Translations under genes and position numbers: made by a program
Source of the DNA: Bdellovibrionales bacterium
GTDB taxonomy: Bacteria > Bdellovibrionota > Bdellovibrionia > Bdellovibrionales > JAUICD01
Reading direction: 5' to 3'
DNA length: 64,000 bases
Assembly: GCA_965262715.1 (NCBI GenBank)
Contig: OZ253553.1
Coordinates: 1,728,001-1,792,000, forward strand
In this document: positions 1 through 8,472 of the stretch, in pieces
How positions within the stretch are numbered: the first letter of the stretch is position 1
Layout: every line of letters begins with the position of its first letter
The notes under the pieces: generated by a model
Databases searched by the model: none
What the model saw: the letters and a program-made list of their open reading frames with translations, nothing else
Told to the model about the DNA's origin: nothing

Positions 1-198
1 AAAGACATACTGTGCAGCTTCAGTATCTTGTTTAAGATGAGTGGATAAAAACTTTTGATGAGATATATCCATATCGCTATACATTTTAAGCCTTGCATTG
101 TTACAAAATAGGCCCAGAAGACCAATAGTAACAATGGTCAGTAGATAAAGTAATCGTCTAGGACTTGTCTTTTTGAATTTCCATTTTTTTATTTTCAT
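1..198 (-). CDS. Hypothetical protein with N-terminal hydrophobic segment, runs off the window start
   Basis: Read by hand: ATG at 198, MKIKKWKFKKTSPRRLLYLLTIVTIGLLGLFC..., open to position 1, AGAGAG purine tract upstream. Confidence 0.5.
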   Translation of the reverse strand, partial: MKIKKWKFKKTSPRRLLYLLTIVTIGLLGLFCNNARLKMYSDMDISHQKFLSTHLKQDTEAAQYVF

Positions 199-248
199 TG
201 TTGCTCTCTTTAATTTAATAAAAATTCATAAAATATAAATCAGTTAGT

Positions 249-518
249 TTATAAGCTAACAGGTTTGACATTCTCTTTATTTTTACAGTTGTCTTTGATA
301 CTTTGTTCTAGAAAATCAATCCTATGATTTATATGCATGACTGATTTGCTATTGATACCTGATAAGAGGTATAAATGTGAAAAAACTTTCATACCTGCAA
401 TGCAACTTATGCCTAAAGAGATAGTGACAGCAATAGCAAGCTCTAATAAATAAAATCTTTTAAGCTTTATATGTTTCATAAAATCACCTTTGGTTTTGAG
501 TGGATGAATAAAACCCAC
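249..518 (-). CDS. Small membrane protein, weakly prepilin-like (real start probably MKHIK)
   Basis: ORF track; KR-FYLLELAIAVTISLGIS segment; directly downstream of the pilin gene on the same strand. Confidence 0.5.
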   Translation of the reverse strand: MGFIHPLKTKGDFMKHIKLKRFYLLELAIAVTISLGISCIAGMKVFSHLYLLSGINSKSVMHINHRIDFLEQSIKDNCKNKENVKPVSL

Positions 519-566
519 ATTGTGATAATGTGGGTTATTCCCCTAAGTTTAAGATTTTATGAAAAA

Positions 567-1265
567 TCAAAGCCCACTTTTTACATTTTTGATTTCTTTA
601 TTATAGGTCATGTACCAAAGGTCTTCTTGATCACCGCCTATATCACCAGCTGCTCCAATGACAAATGCACGCTCCACTACCTTTAATTTACCATCAGTCC
701 ATAATGCTGTACATGTTCCATTACAGGAAGTAGCTGTGGTGCAGGCTGTTACGCTTCCATTACAAGAACAGTCACCAGTACACGTTTCAGGGACAGTTGC
801 ATGGGCTTGATAAACAATAGCACTTTCAAAAGCCTTTATTAACTTAAATTGATCACAACGAGTAGCTATTCTACAGCCACCAGGATCTGTTTGTGTTACT
901 TCAGTTGTAGCATCTGCGGGAGGTCCTCTATAACCATCGGCAGTAACTGAACCTTTACCAGGCCATTCACTATCGTCATGCCATCCAACTCTATATCTTG
1001 GTGTGTCACCAATGGCTTGAAAGCCAATTTGGTTAAAAGCTGCTGATAAAAAATTCCATTCATTCATAAAAGTGATTTCATTAGCATATAGCCCACTCAT
1101 CATTGTCTTTGCCTCTACCTGCTGTGCTTTTCTTTGAAACTTCTGATAGTTGGGGATAGCTATGGCAGCTAAGATACCAATAATGGCCACAACCACCATT
1201 AACTCCACTAGTGAAAAACCTTTTTGATTTTTCATTTTATTATATTTTCTTAAGAACTTTTTCAT
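567..1265 (-). CDS. Type IV pilin (PilA-like) with Cys-rich C-terminal region
   Basis: Class III signal [27 protein letters not shown]. Confidence 0.92.
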   Translation of the reverse strand: MKKFLRKYNKMKNQKGFSLVELMVVVAIIGILAAIAIPNYQKFQRKAQQVEAKTMMSGLYANEITFMNEWNFLSAAFNQIGFQAIGDTPRYRVGWHDDSEWPGKGSVTADGYRGPPADATTEVTQTDPGGCRIATRCDQFKLIKAFESAIVYQAHATVPETCTGDCSCNGSVTACTTATSCNGTCTALWTDGKLKVVERAFVIGAAGDIGGDQEDLWYMTYNKEIKNVKSGL

Positions 1266-1451
1266 GATAAAGACCCCCTATTTCATAAAAAATAAATAAA
1301 TATTGTTTAAAGTAATAAATTTAAATCTCCTCTATCTTTTTTCTTTTATGTGTCTTTTCAAGCTGCTTAATTTGAAAGAAAAGATGACCAAAAATATCAA
1401 AAATGAAAACCTTAAACGCCAAGTCAAAAGGCTGTATTTTAACTCAACTGG

Positions 1452-1614
1452 ACTGTAACTTACGTACAAAAGTTACAGTATCAAGTTATTAAAATAACTG
1501 CCGATATAATAAATTGAAAGACTTTAGACAGTGATGGTAATTGGTCTGGAAATGGCCAAAAACATCAATGATTTTAAGGTTGCAGGACTGTAACTTATGT
1601 ACGTAAGTTACAGT
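1452..1614. promoter_or_regulatory. Pair of 28-bp palindromes (11-6-11) upstream of pilin; operator or recombination sites
   Basis: actgtaactta-cgtaca-aaagttacagt (1452-1479) and actgtaactta-tgtacg-taagttacagt (1587-1614); IHF-like tatcaagttatta next to the first. Confidence 0.6.
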
Positions 1615-1865
1615 GCTAAGTAGTTGAAATTATTGGAATCCTAGACTATCTAGTCTAGCATTGAGACAACATTTAAGTTTAGAAAATTATAAACTTGTTG
1701 CATATTGATAAAAAAGCTGTATCTAAGCAGGACAACTCCGTATATTTTCACTTTAGTGAAAGAAAAATACAAGAAAAGATTTCCTTAACATTTTGTAAAA
1801 AAATAAAAAGTATCTTCTTACTAAAAAATAAACAGATGATATAAATTAAATACCTAAAGACAAAT

Positions 1866-2023
1866 TTTCCCTAACATTTTGTTAAAAAATGAATGGAGTC
1901 TCCCTACTAAAATGCCTCAAGCTTTTGAGGCATTGTCCTATTTGCCAAACAGCGTAAGCTAATTTGGGGGCAATGCCAAAAAGTCGCCAGAGGCGAGAGG
2001 CGAGTTCATTTTTAGGGAAACAG
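1866..2023 (+). repeat. Structured dispersed repeat, unit A (a truncated leader copy lies at ~1779-1838)
   Basis: ttccctaacat leader; ccctactaaaatg...cattttt-aggg outer arms; ggcattg/caatgcc inner stem; gaggcgagaggc motif. Confidence 0.75.
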
Positions 2024-2196
2024 AGCATCTTAAAACAGCAGCCTAACTCAAATAGGTAAGCTGCACAAAAAAGTAGATGGTCAAAAAGAACAGGGTTTCA
2101 TGTCCGGATTTCGGACTTCGATGTCCGATTGTTAGGACAATACTTAGATTTAAAGCTTTAAAAGGTCATTTATTAGCGTTTTAACCTCAAAAATAT

Positions 2197-2212
2197 TGGC
2201 ACGTATTTTGTA
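2197..2212 (+). promoter_or_regulatory. Sigma54-like -24/-12 element (also at 7290-7305)
   Basis: TGGCACGTATTTTGTA; perfect -24 box but -12 reads GT instead of GC. Confidence 0.4.
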
Positions 2213-2341
2213 TGTATATATTTTCAGTCATAAATAGAAAAACTCGTACAAATCGCTTCATCAATATGAGTAAGAAGATACGATTTGTAAGGCCATGTTC
2301 TGATAAGTTTTATGATGATGCGAAAGGTTAGGGGTACTTAA

Positions 2342-3382
2342 ATGTCAGTTAACTACAATAAGGGTAATAAAAAGATAGGTTTTTCTAAAGGGCATCCTCA
2401 TGACCTCTTTTTCAGAAGATTTTTTTCTGGTATTGAGGAAATAGTGGCATTGCTAGAGACAATGTTGCCTCAATCTATCTTAGATCTTCTTGATATATCC
2501 ACAGTGAAAATTGAAAACAGTGTTGCTGTTAAAGGTTTAGAGATAAGAGTAGATTTAGTTTTAAGCATAAAGCTGAGAAAGTCTAAGAAAGAATCTAAGA
2601 TTCTTTTTATTGTAGATCATAAGAGTTGGCCAGATAGAAGAGTCATACAGCAATTACTTAAATACCAATTAACAATGATTGGAGAGCATCATAATAATGA
2701 AGACTTTTTACCTCCAGTTTTGACTATTGTTTTCTATCATGGTCATAGGAAATGGAGATCGCCATTATCTTTACATGAGGACTGGGTATCTAGAGGGGTT
2801 TTTTCAAGAGATGATCTTGGGCAAATTTCTGAGTATCTTATAAATTTCACTCCTTATTTTTTTAATTTATCTGAGTTTGATATAGCTAATAAAGCCATCA
2901 AGAGGATAAAACCAATTTTATATACATTTGATCAGATTTGGTCTTTGAATAAGCTTAAAGGTTTGGAGGAAAAGAAAGCAGCTTTACACAAGATTCTATT
3001 GTCAGTAAAAAAAGACTTAAAAGGAGAAGAAAAAGAGTATATAATAAATGTGCTATTAGGTATAAAGAACTATCTTCTTCAATATAACCCAGAGCTAGGT
3101 AAGGGGCTTTTAGAAGAGGTTTCAAAAGAGATTACAAAGGAATTAAGAGGAGAGAATATCATGAAAGAGCTTGATTTAACTATAGCAGAAATTGTTCGAA
3201 AAAACTGTCAAGACTGGAAACAGGAAGGAAGGCAGGAAGGAAGGCAAGAAGGCAGACAGGAAGAAAGGCAAGAAGTGATATTAAAACTACTCAAAGCTGA
3301 TATGAGTGTAGAGAAGGTATCTGAAATAACCGGTCTTTCAAAACAGGAAATTCGTAATTTTCAAGAAGAGTCCAAAAAATAA
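2342..3382 (+). CDS. Rpn family recombination-promoting nuclease / YhgA-like PD-(D/E)XK protein, copy 1
   Basis: HDLFFR N-terminal motif, RVD...IVDHKS nuclease motif, VFYHG, C-terminal GRQE repeats and 'ITGLS' HTH tail. Confidence 0.9.
   Translation: MSVNYNKGNKKIGFSKGHPHDLFFRRFFSGIEEIVALLETMLPQSILDLLDISTVKIENSVAVKGLEIRVDLVLSIKLRKSKKESKILFIVDHKSWPDRRVIQQLLKYQLTMIGEHHNNEDFLPPVLTIVFYHGHRKWRSPLSLHEDWVSRGVFSRDDLGQISEYLINFTPYFFNLSEFDIANKAIKRIKPILYTFDQIWSLNKLKGLEEKKAALHKILLSVKKDLKGEEKEYIINVLLGIKNYLLQYNPELGKGLLEEVSKEITKELRGENIMKELDLTIAEIVRKNCQDWKQEGRQEGRQEGRQEERQEVILKLLKADMSVEKVSEITGLSKQEIRNFQEESKK
3161..3382 (+). CDS. Putative intragenic small protein (RpnS-like antitoxin), 73 aa, in frame with Rpn
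   Basis: Internal SD AGAGGAG at 3146-3152 followed by ATG at 3161. Confidence 0.6.
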   Translation: MKELDLTIAEIVRKNCQDWKQEGRQEGRQEGRQEERQEVILKLLKADMSVEKVSEITGLSKQEIRNFQEESKK

Positions 3383-3461
3383 CGATTGAATGTATAAAAT
3401 TGAAATTCTTATTTGCTTTGTGTTTTTTGGCATTTTTACATAAGCATAAGATAAATATTTC

Positions 3462-4307
3462 TTAAGCAAAGAGTGTATTAAGTAAGTTAGCAAGTCTTAT
3501 ACCTGCCTCATAGAGACGTTTTAGTGCGATGGGAAGAGTTCTATTTAAATATTGGAAATATAAATAGGGCTTTTTGTCTTTAGATTTTTTACGATGTAGA
3601 ATATCAGGATATTTTTTGAGAAGGTCTTGATGCAGAATCAATGGTGGAATTCCTTCAAATTGAACATTATTAAAAAAATATACAAAAGGAAGCAGCTTAG
3701 CAGATTCATTTGCCCAATCTTCAGGTGAAAGCTGTTTAACCTCTGTCTCTCGATAGTGTCTCTGCAAGTAGTCAACTAGTTCTGTGTAACTTAAACCAGT
3801 TCTTTGAATGAGTCCAGAATCCCAAACACCATGTAGATTGTATGTCTGATTAAAAAAGTTCACATAAAGCCGGTTACCACCTTTATCTACTTTACGACCA
3901 GTATGTAGAGGTTGGTGTATATCTTCAACAAAATGGATTAACAACTTCAGTGCCTGTGATTTATTTATTTTAGGATGTGATCCTTGGTCTTTTAAAATTT
4001 CTACCATCAAATCAATAGCCCAAACCACATCTTTTTTATTAGATTTTTCGTAGGGTTGACCATCTTTTAAATTAGTATAATGCCACTTAGATTGAAACTT
4101 ATATTTAGGGTTGGATTTAACAATATCTGCCCATAAAGAAGCATCTGCTACACTATCCCTTCCTAAAAGCTTTTGAACTTGCTCTTTAGCTTTAGGCGTA
4201 AGATGCCTTTCAGTTAGCTGCCCAATGACTCTGTGTCCTGTTTCACCCCAAGCAAAGACAATATGTGGTATGAATAGAAATAAAAAAATCCAACGCAACA
4301 TAGACAA
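3462..4307 (-). CDS. S1/P1 nuclease, secreted
   Basis: Signal peptide then WGETGH; WAD, WHY, HFVEDIHQPLH, NLHGVWD zinc-ligand motifs. Confidence 0.93.
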   Translation of the reverse strand: MSMLRWIFLFLFIPHIVFAWGETGHRVIGQLTERHLTPKAKEQVQKLLGRDSVADASLWADIVKSNPKYKFQSKWHYTNLKDGQPYEKSNKKDVVWAIDLMVEILKDQGSHPKINKSQALKLLIHFVEDIHQPLHTGRKVDKGGNRLYVNFFNQTYNLHGVWDSGLIQRTGLSYTELVDYLQRHYRETEVKQLSPEDWANESAKLLPFVYFFNNVQFEGIPPLILHQDLLKKYPDILHRKKSKDKKPYLYFQYLNRTLPIALKRLYEAGIRLANLLNTLFA

Positions 4308-4578
4308 TCCTCTAAAAGCTATATCGACTTTCTTGAGGTATTGCTTATTATTTTGATCTTCTATTTAAATATATTGTCTTATTTATAGACGGAGAGAATC
4401 AATACAAACTCCTTAATCTTTAGTGCCTGATTGATCTTTTCTGACTCAAAAAACCTTACAAGTCTTAATTCAATTTCAAAATATATAAATATTTACTTCT
4501 TTCAATACTTTTCTATTTCTTTTACAAAATAAGCCGATAGTTCTATAAAATATGAACTTTCTAAAAAGGAGAGATTAA

Positions 4579-4818
4579 ATGAAAAAATTAGCTTTACTGC
4601 CATATTTGATGGTCATTGCATTTTTCTCTTTGGGTTTTTCAGATGACTATAGAATAAATGATTTAGAAGATAGGATAAGCAGCTTGGAAAGTAAAATAAG
4701 CAGACTAGAAAGCCATGATCATTATTTTGATTATGCACGTAAAAGTCATGACCATGATTCAGATTATGCAGATGAAGATCATGACCATAACTATGCAGAT
4801 GAATTCCACACCCATTAA
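4579..4818 (+). CDS. Small exported protein with coiled coil and His/Asp-rich repeats
   Basis: RBS AAGGAGA; signal peptide; HDHYFDYA / HDHDSDYA / HDHNYA repeats. Confidence 0.75.
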   Translation: MKKLALLPYLMVIAFFSLGFSDDYRINDLEDRISSLESKISRLESHDHYFDYARKSHDHDSDYADEDHDHNYADEFHTH

Positions 4819-4939
4819 AAAGTGCTAGCAAAAAATCAAGCTTAGATAAAAAATATCCGAAAAAATAAAGTCAATTAATAATATATCAACTCGTTAAGCT
4901 CTTTTATTTATTCACTTTTATTTTAAAGGAAACTTTAGA

Positions 4940-7123
4940 GTGGCAAAGAAAGCCTTTTTATTCTTATTTCTGTTTCTATTTACTACAAATCCAATTTCTG
5001 CCCTAAGTGATTCAAAAAAGAAACAATCAAAATCACCATCTAAATTAAAAAAGTTAGAAAGTCTAATTTCTTCTAATTCTATCAGTGATCTATTAGAATC
5101 GAATGTTCTTATAGAATTAAAAGATGGTACGGGCAGTGGTTTTTTTGTTTCAAGGAATTTGATTGTTACAAATTATCATGTCATCAAGAACTCTTATAAA
5201 AAAGGAGATAGAATTTCTTTTAGAAAGCAGGATGGTAGAAGAGGATGGGCAATAATTGGTCTCATAGATGTAAAAAATGACTTAGCCTTATTAAGGTCTT
5301 TTTCTAATGATGGAAAGCCTTTGAAATTAGGTGATTCATCTAAGGTTCAACTTGCAGATGATGTCATTATAGTTGGGTCTCCTCAAGGTCTTCAAGGGAC
5401 AGTCTCAAAAGGAATTATATCGGCAAAAAGAAAAGACTTTTTAGGTTTTGAAGAAATTATGCAAACTTCTGCTCCGATATCTCCAGGAAGCAGTGGGTCT
5501 CCAGTTTTATTAAAAGAAACTCATGAAGTAATTGGTGTAGCAGTAATGGTACATAGAGAAGGGCAAAATCTAAATTTTTTAATTCCTATCAACAAACTAA
5601 AGGACTTAATGAGAGCAAATAAAGAAAAAATGGATAGTTTGATGAAAAACTTAGGAAAGCAAGTTTTAGAGAATGCAAAAGGTGGTGACAAAAATGCTCA
5701 AGCTCTTTTAGGGTGGTCTTTTTATCATGGGATTAATTGGGATAAAGACTATAAAAGGGCTGTATATTGGCTTTCAAAAACTAGATATCCAAAGTTTTAT
5801 GAAGATCTAGCAGCTATGTATCTCTTCGGTGGTTATGGTATAGAAAAAGATTACAAAAAAGCACAAATGTATATATCATGTAGTCCAGATTCTTCTTATA
5901 AATCAAGGCTTTTAGGATTGATGTACTATGATGGCATAGGGTTTACTACAGATAAAGATAAGGCTTTAAGTCACTTTCTAAAGGCTATAAAGCAAGGAGA
6001 TTGGTCATCTTTTAATTTTGAAATCGTTGGAAGGTTATTTTTTGAGAAGGGGAATTATTTAGAAGCAGCCTATTGGTTTTCGCTCTCTTTTGTTAAAATG
6101 TATAATTTAAAAAACGAGAAAACAGTCGAAAAACTTTGGGACTATGCCATTTCAAAATTAACTCAGTCACAGGCAAAATTAGTTCTTTCACGTGTAAAAG
6201 GCGTTTTGCAAGGGAAATATCCAATTATAAGTCAAAATAGATCTTTTATAGATTCACCACCATGTATTTCTTCAAGCCTTAGGCAACAAATGACCTCACT
6301 TGAAATAGCTCAATTTATACGATCATCAAGAAGCGGTGATTTTCTAAAAGTAAACAAAATTATTAAAGCTGGAATTGATGTTAATATAAAAGGTCAAGAG
6401 GGTACTATAGCTTTAATAGAAGCTGCTCAGTTTAATAATCTAGATATTGTTAGACTCCTAATAAAGCAAGGGGTTGATGTTAATGCTATTGATAACATAG
6501 TAGGATGGACAGCTTTAATGCCAACTGCGAGAAATGGTCATACAGATATTATTAATCTATTGGTTAAAGCAGGTGCTGATATTAATGCTATAGATAAAGA
6601 AGGTACTACAGCTTTGGTACAAGCCGCAATTGGAGGACATCTAGATATTATAAGAGTTTTAATTAAAGCAGGTGCTGATGTTAACCTTAGAAAAAATAGC
6701 GCTGATACAGCTTTAATGGGAGCGGCAAGGAATAATCATACAGAAGTTATTAATTTATTGATTGAATCTGGAGCTGATATTAATGTCAAAAGTAAAGATG
6801 TCGGAACAGCTTTAATGAATGCTGCAATGAGTGGTCGTTTAGAAGCTGTTAAGACATTACTTGCAGCAGGATCTGACATCAATGCAGTAAATGATTTTGG
6901 TCGGACAGCTTTAATATGGGGAGCAATGAGTGGCGAACCAGAGATTGTTAAGGTATTACTTGCAGCAGGGGCTAGAGTCAAAGCCAAAGATTTAACTCCT
7001 TTCACTCCTACGATGAATGAAGATGTAAAGAAAGTTTTAAGAAAAGCCTTAAATAATAAAAGAAGAAAAAGCACTTATGATACTGATATATCCAAAGTTT
7101 GGGATGAGTTAGATAAAAACTAA
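4940..7123 (+). CDS. Secreted trypsin-like (HtrA-type) serine protease fused to Sel1 and ankyrin repeats
   Basis: GSGFFV, TNYHV, NDLALL, ISPGSSGSP triad motifs; AQALLG..Y..G Sel1 repeats; about 7 G-TAL..AA..G ankyrin repeats. Confidence 0.9.
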   Translation: MAKKAFLFLFLFLFTTNPISALSDSKKKQSKSPSKLKKLESLISSNSISDLLESNVLIELKDGTGSGFFVSRNLIVTNYHVIKNSYKKGDRISFRKQDGRRGWAIIGLIDVKNDLALLRSFSNDGKPLKLGDSSKVQLADDVIIVGSPQGLQGTVSKGIISAKRKDFLGFEEIMQTSAPISPGSSGSPVLLKETHEVIGVAVMVHREGQNLNFLIPINKLKDLMRANKEKMDSLMKNLGKQVLENAKGGDKNAQALLGWSFYHGINWDKDYKRAVYWLSKTRYPKFYEDLAAMYLFGGYGIEKDYKKAQMYISCSPDSSYKSRLLGLMYYDGIGFTTDKDKALSHFLKAIKQGDWSSFNFEIVGRLFFEKGNYLEAAYWFSLSFVKMYNLKNEKTVEKLWDYAISKLTQSQAKLVLSRVKGVLQGKYPIISQNRSFIDSPPCISSSLRQQMTSLEIAQFIRSSRSGDFLKVNKIIKAGIDVNIKGQEGTIALIEAAQFNNLDIVRLLIKQGVDVNAIDNIVGWTALMPTARNGHTDIINLLVKAGADINAIDKEGTTALVQAAIGGHLDIIRVLIKAGADVNLRKNSADTALMGAARNNHTEVINLLIESGADINVKSKDVGTALMNAAMSGRLEAVKTLLAAGSDINAVNDFGRTALIWGAMSGEPEIVKVLLAAGARVKAKDLTPFTPTMNEDVKKVLRKALNNKRRKSTYDTDISKVWDELDKN

Positions 7124-7434
7124 ATAATTTAATATTGAAAAGAATTGGGAAACAAGCCTCTGGAAACCTTAGTATTTACATAATTCAATTTATTTTTCAT
7201 GTGGTGGATTCAAGTTGTAAGTGCGACTCCTTGCCTAGTTATTTAAAGCTTTAAAAGGTCATTTATTAGCGTTTTAACCTCAAAAATATTGGCACGTATT
7301 TTGTATGTATATATTTTCAGTCATAAATAGAAAAACTCGTACAAATCGCTTCATCAATATGAGTAAGAAGATACGATTTGTAAAGTCATGTTCTGATAAA
7401 CTTTGTGATGATGCGAAAGGTTAAGGGTACTTAA

Positions 7435-8451
7435 ATGTCAGTTAACTGCAATAAAGATAATAAAAGGATAGGTTTTTCTAAAGGGCATCCTCATGACCTC
7501 TTTTTCAGAAGATTTTTTTCTGGTATTGAGGAAATAGTGGCATTGCTAGAAACAATGTTGCCTCAGTCTATCTTAGATCTTCTTGATATATCCACAGTGA
7601 AAATTGAAAACAGTGTTGCTGTTAAAGGTTTAGAGATAAGAGTAGATTTAGTTTTAAGCATAAAGCTGAGAAAGTCTAAGAAAGAATCTAAGATTCTTTT
7701 TATTGTAGATCATAAGAGTTGGCCAGATAGAAGAGTCATACAGCAATTACTTAAATACCAATTAACAATGATTGGAGAGCATCATAATAATGAAGACTTT
7801 TTACCTCCAGTTTTGACTATTGTTTTCTATCATGGTCATAGGAAATGGAGATCGCCATTATCTTTACATGAGGACTGGGTATCTAGAGGGGTTTTTTCAA
7901 GAGATGATCTTGGGCAAATTTCTGAGTATCTTATAAATTTCACTCCTTATTTTTTTAATTTATCTGAGTTTGATATAGCTAATAAAGCCATCAAGAGGAT
8001 AAAACCAATTTTATATACATTTGATCAGATTTGGTCTTTGAATAAGCTTAAAGGTTTGGAGGAAAAGAAAGCAGCTTTACACAAGATTCTATTGTCAGTA
8101 AAAAAAGACTTAAAAGGAGAAGAAAAAGAGTATATAATAAATGTGCTATTAGGTATAAAGAACTATCTTCTTCAATATAACCCAGAGCTAGGTAAGGGGC
8201 TTTTAGAAGAGGTTTCAAAAGAGATTACAAAGGAATTAAGAGGAGAGAATATCATGAAAGAGCTTGATTTAACTATAGCAGAAATTGTTCGAAAAAACTG
8301 TCAAGACTGGAAACAGGAAGGAAGGCAAGAAGGAATTGGAGAAATCTTACTGAAGTTTCTTAATGCTGATATGAGTGTAGAGAAGGTATCTGAAATAACC
8401 GGTCTTTCAAAACAGGAAATTCGTAATTTTCAAGAAGAGTCCAAAAAATAA
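7435..8451 (+). CDS. Rpn family recombination-promoting nuclease, copy 2
   Basis: Same protein as copy 1 except 3 N-terminal residues and the GRQE/C-terminal helix region. Confidence 0.9.
   Translation: MSVNCNKDNKRIGFSKGHPHDLFFRRFFSGIEEIVALLETMLPQSILDLLDISTVKIENSVAVKGLEIRVDLVLSIKLRKSKKESKILFIVDHKSWPDRRVIQQLLKYQLTMIGEHHNNEDFLPPVLTIVFYHGHRKWRSPLSLHEDWVSRGVFSRDDLGQISEYLINFTPYFFNLSEFDIANKAIKRIKPILYTFDQIWSLNKLKGLEEKKAALHKILLSVKKDLKGEEKEYIINVLLGIKNYLLQYNPELGKGLLEEVSKEITKELRGENIMKELDLTIAEIVRKNCQDWKQEGRQEGIGEILLKFLNADMSVEKVSEITGLSKQEIRNFQEESKK
8254..8451 (+). CDS. Putative intragenic RpnS-like protein, 65 aa
   Basis: Same internal AGAGGAG...ATG as copy 1. Confidence 0.6.
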   Translation: MKELDLTIAEIVRKNCQDWKQEGRQEGIGEILLKFLNADMSVEKVSEITGLSKQEIRNFQEESKK

Positions 8452-8472
8452 CGATTGAAATCATCAAACTAT

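Larger units (their letters stand above)
2148..3390 (+). repeat. Direct repeat copy 1 (~1.24 kb: leader plus Rpn gene)
   Basis: Near-identical to 7241-8459, offset 5093 at the 5' end. Confidence 0.95.
7241..8459 (+). repeat. Direct repeat copy 2 (leader plus Rpn gene)
   Basis: Near-identical to 2148-3390. Confidence 0.95.

Noticed and set aside
1866..2023. Structured units as integron attC sites
   Set aside because: A TAAC occurs in the leader but there is no matching GTTRRRY end, the units do not flank cassette ORFs in one orientation, and no integrase is present
6736..7074. Antisense or overlapping short ORFs inside long genes (e.g. 6736, 8564, 9201, 11632, 15085, 28740, 31525, 36758, 36830, 54901)
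   Set aside because: Shadow ORFs of confidently identified genes
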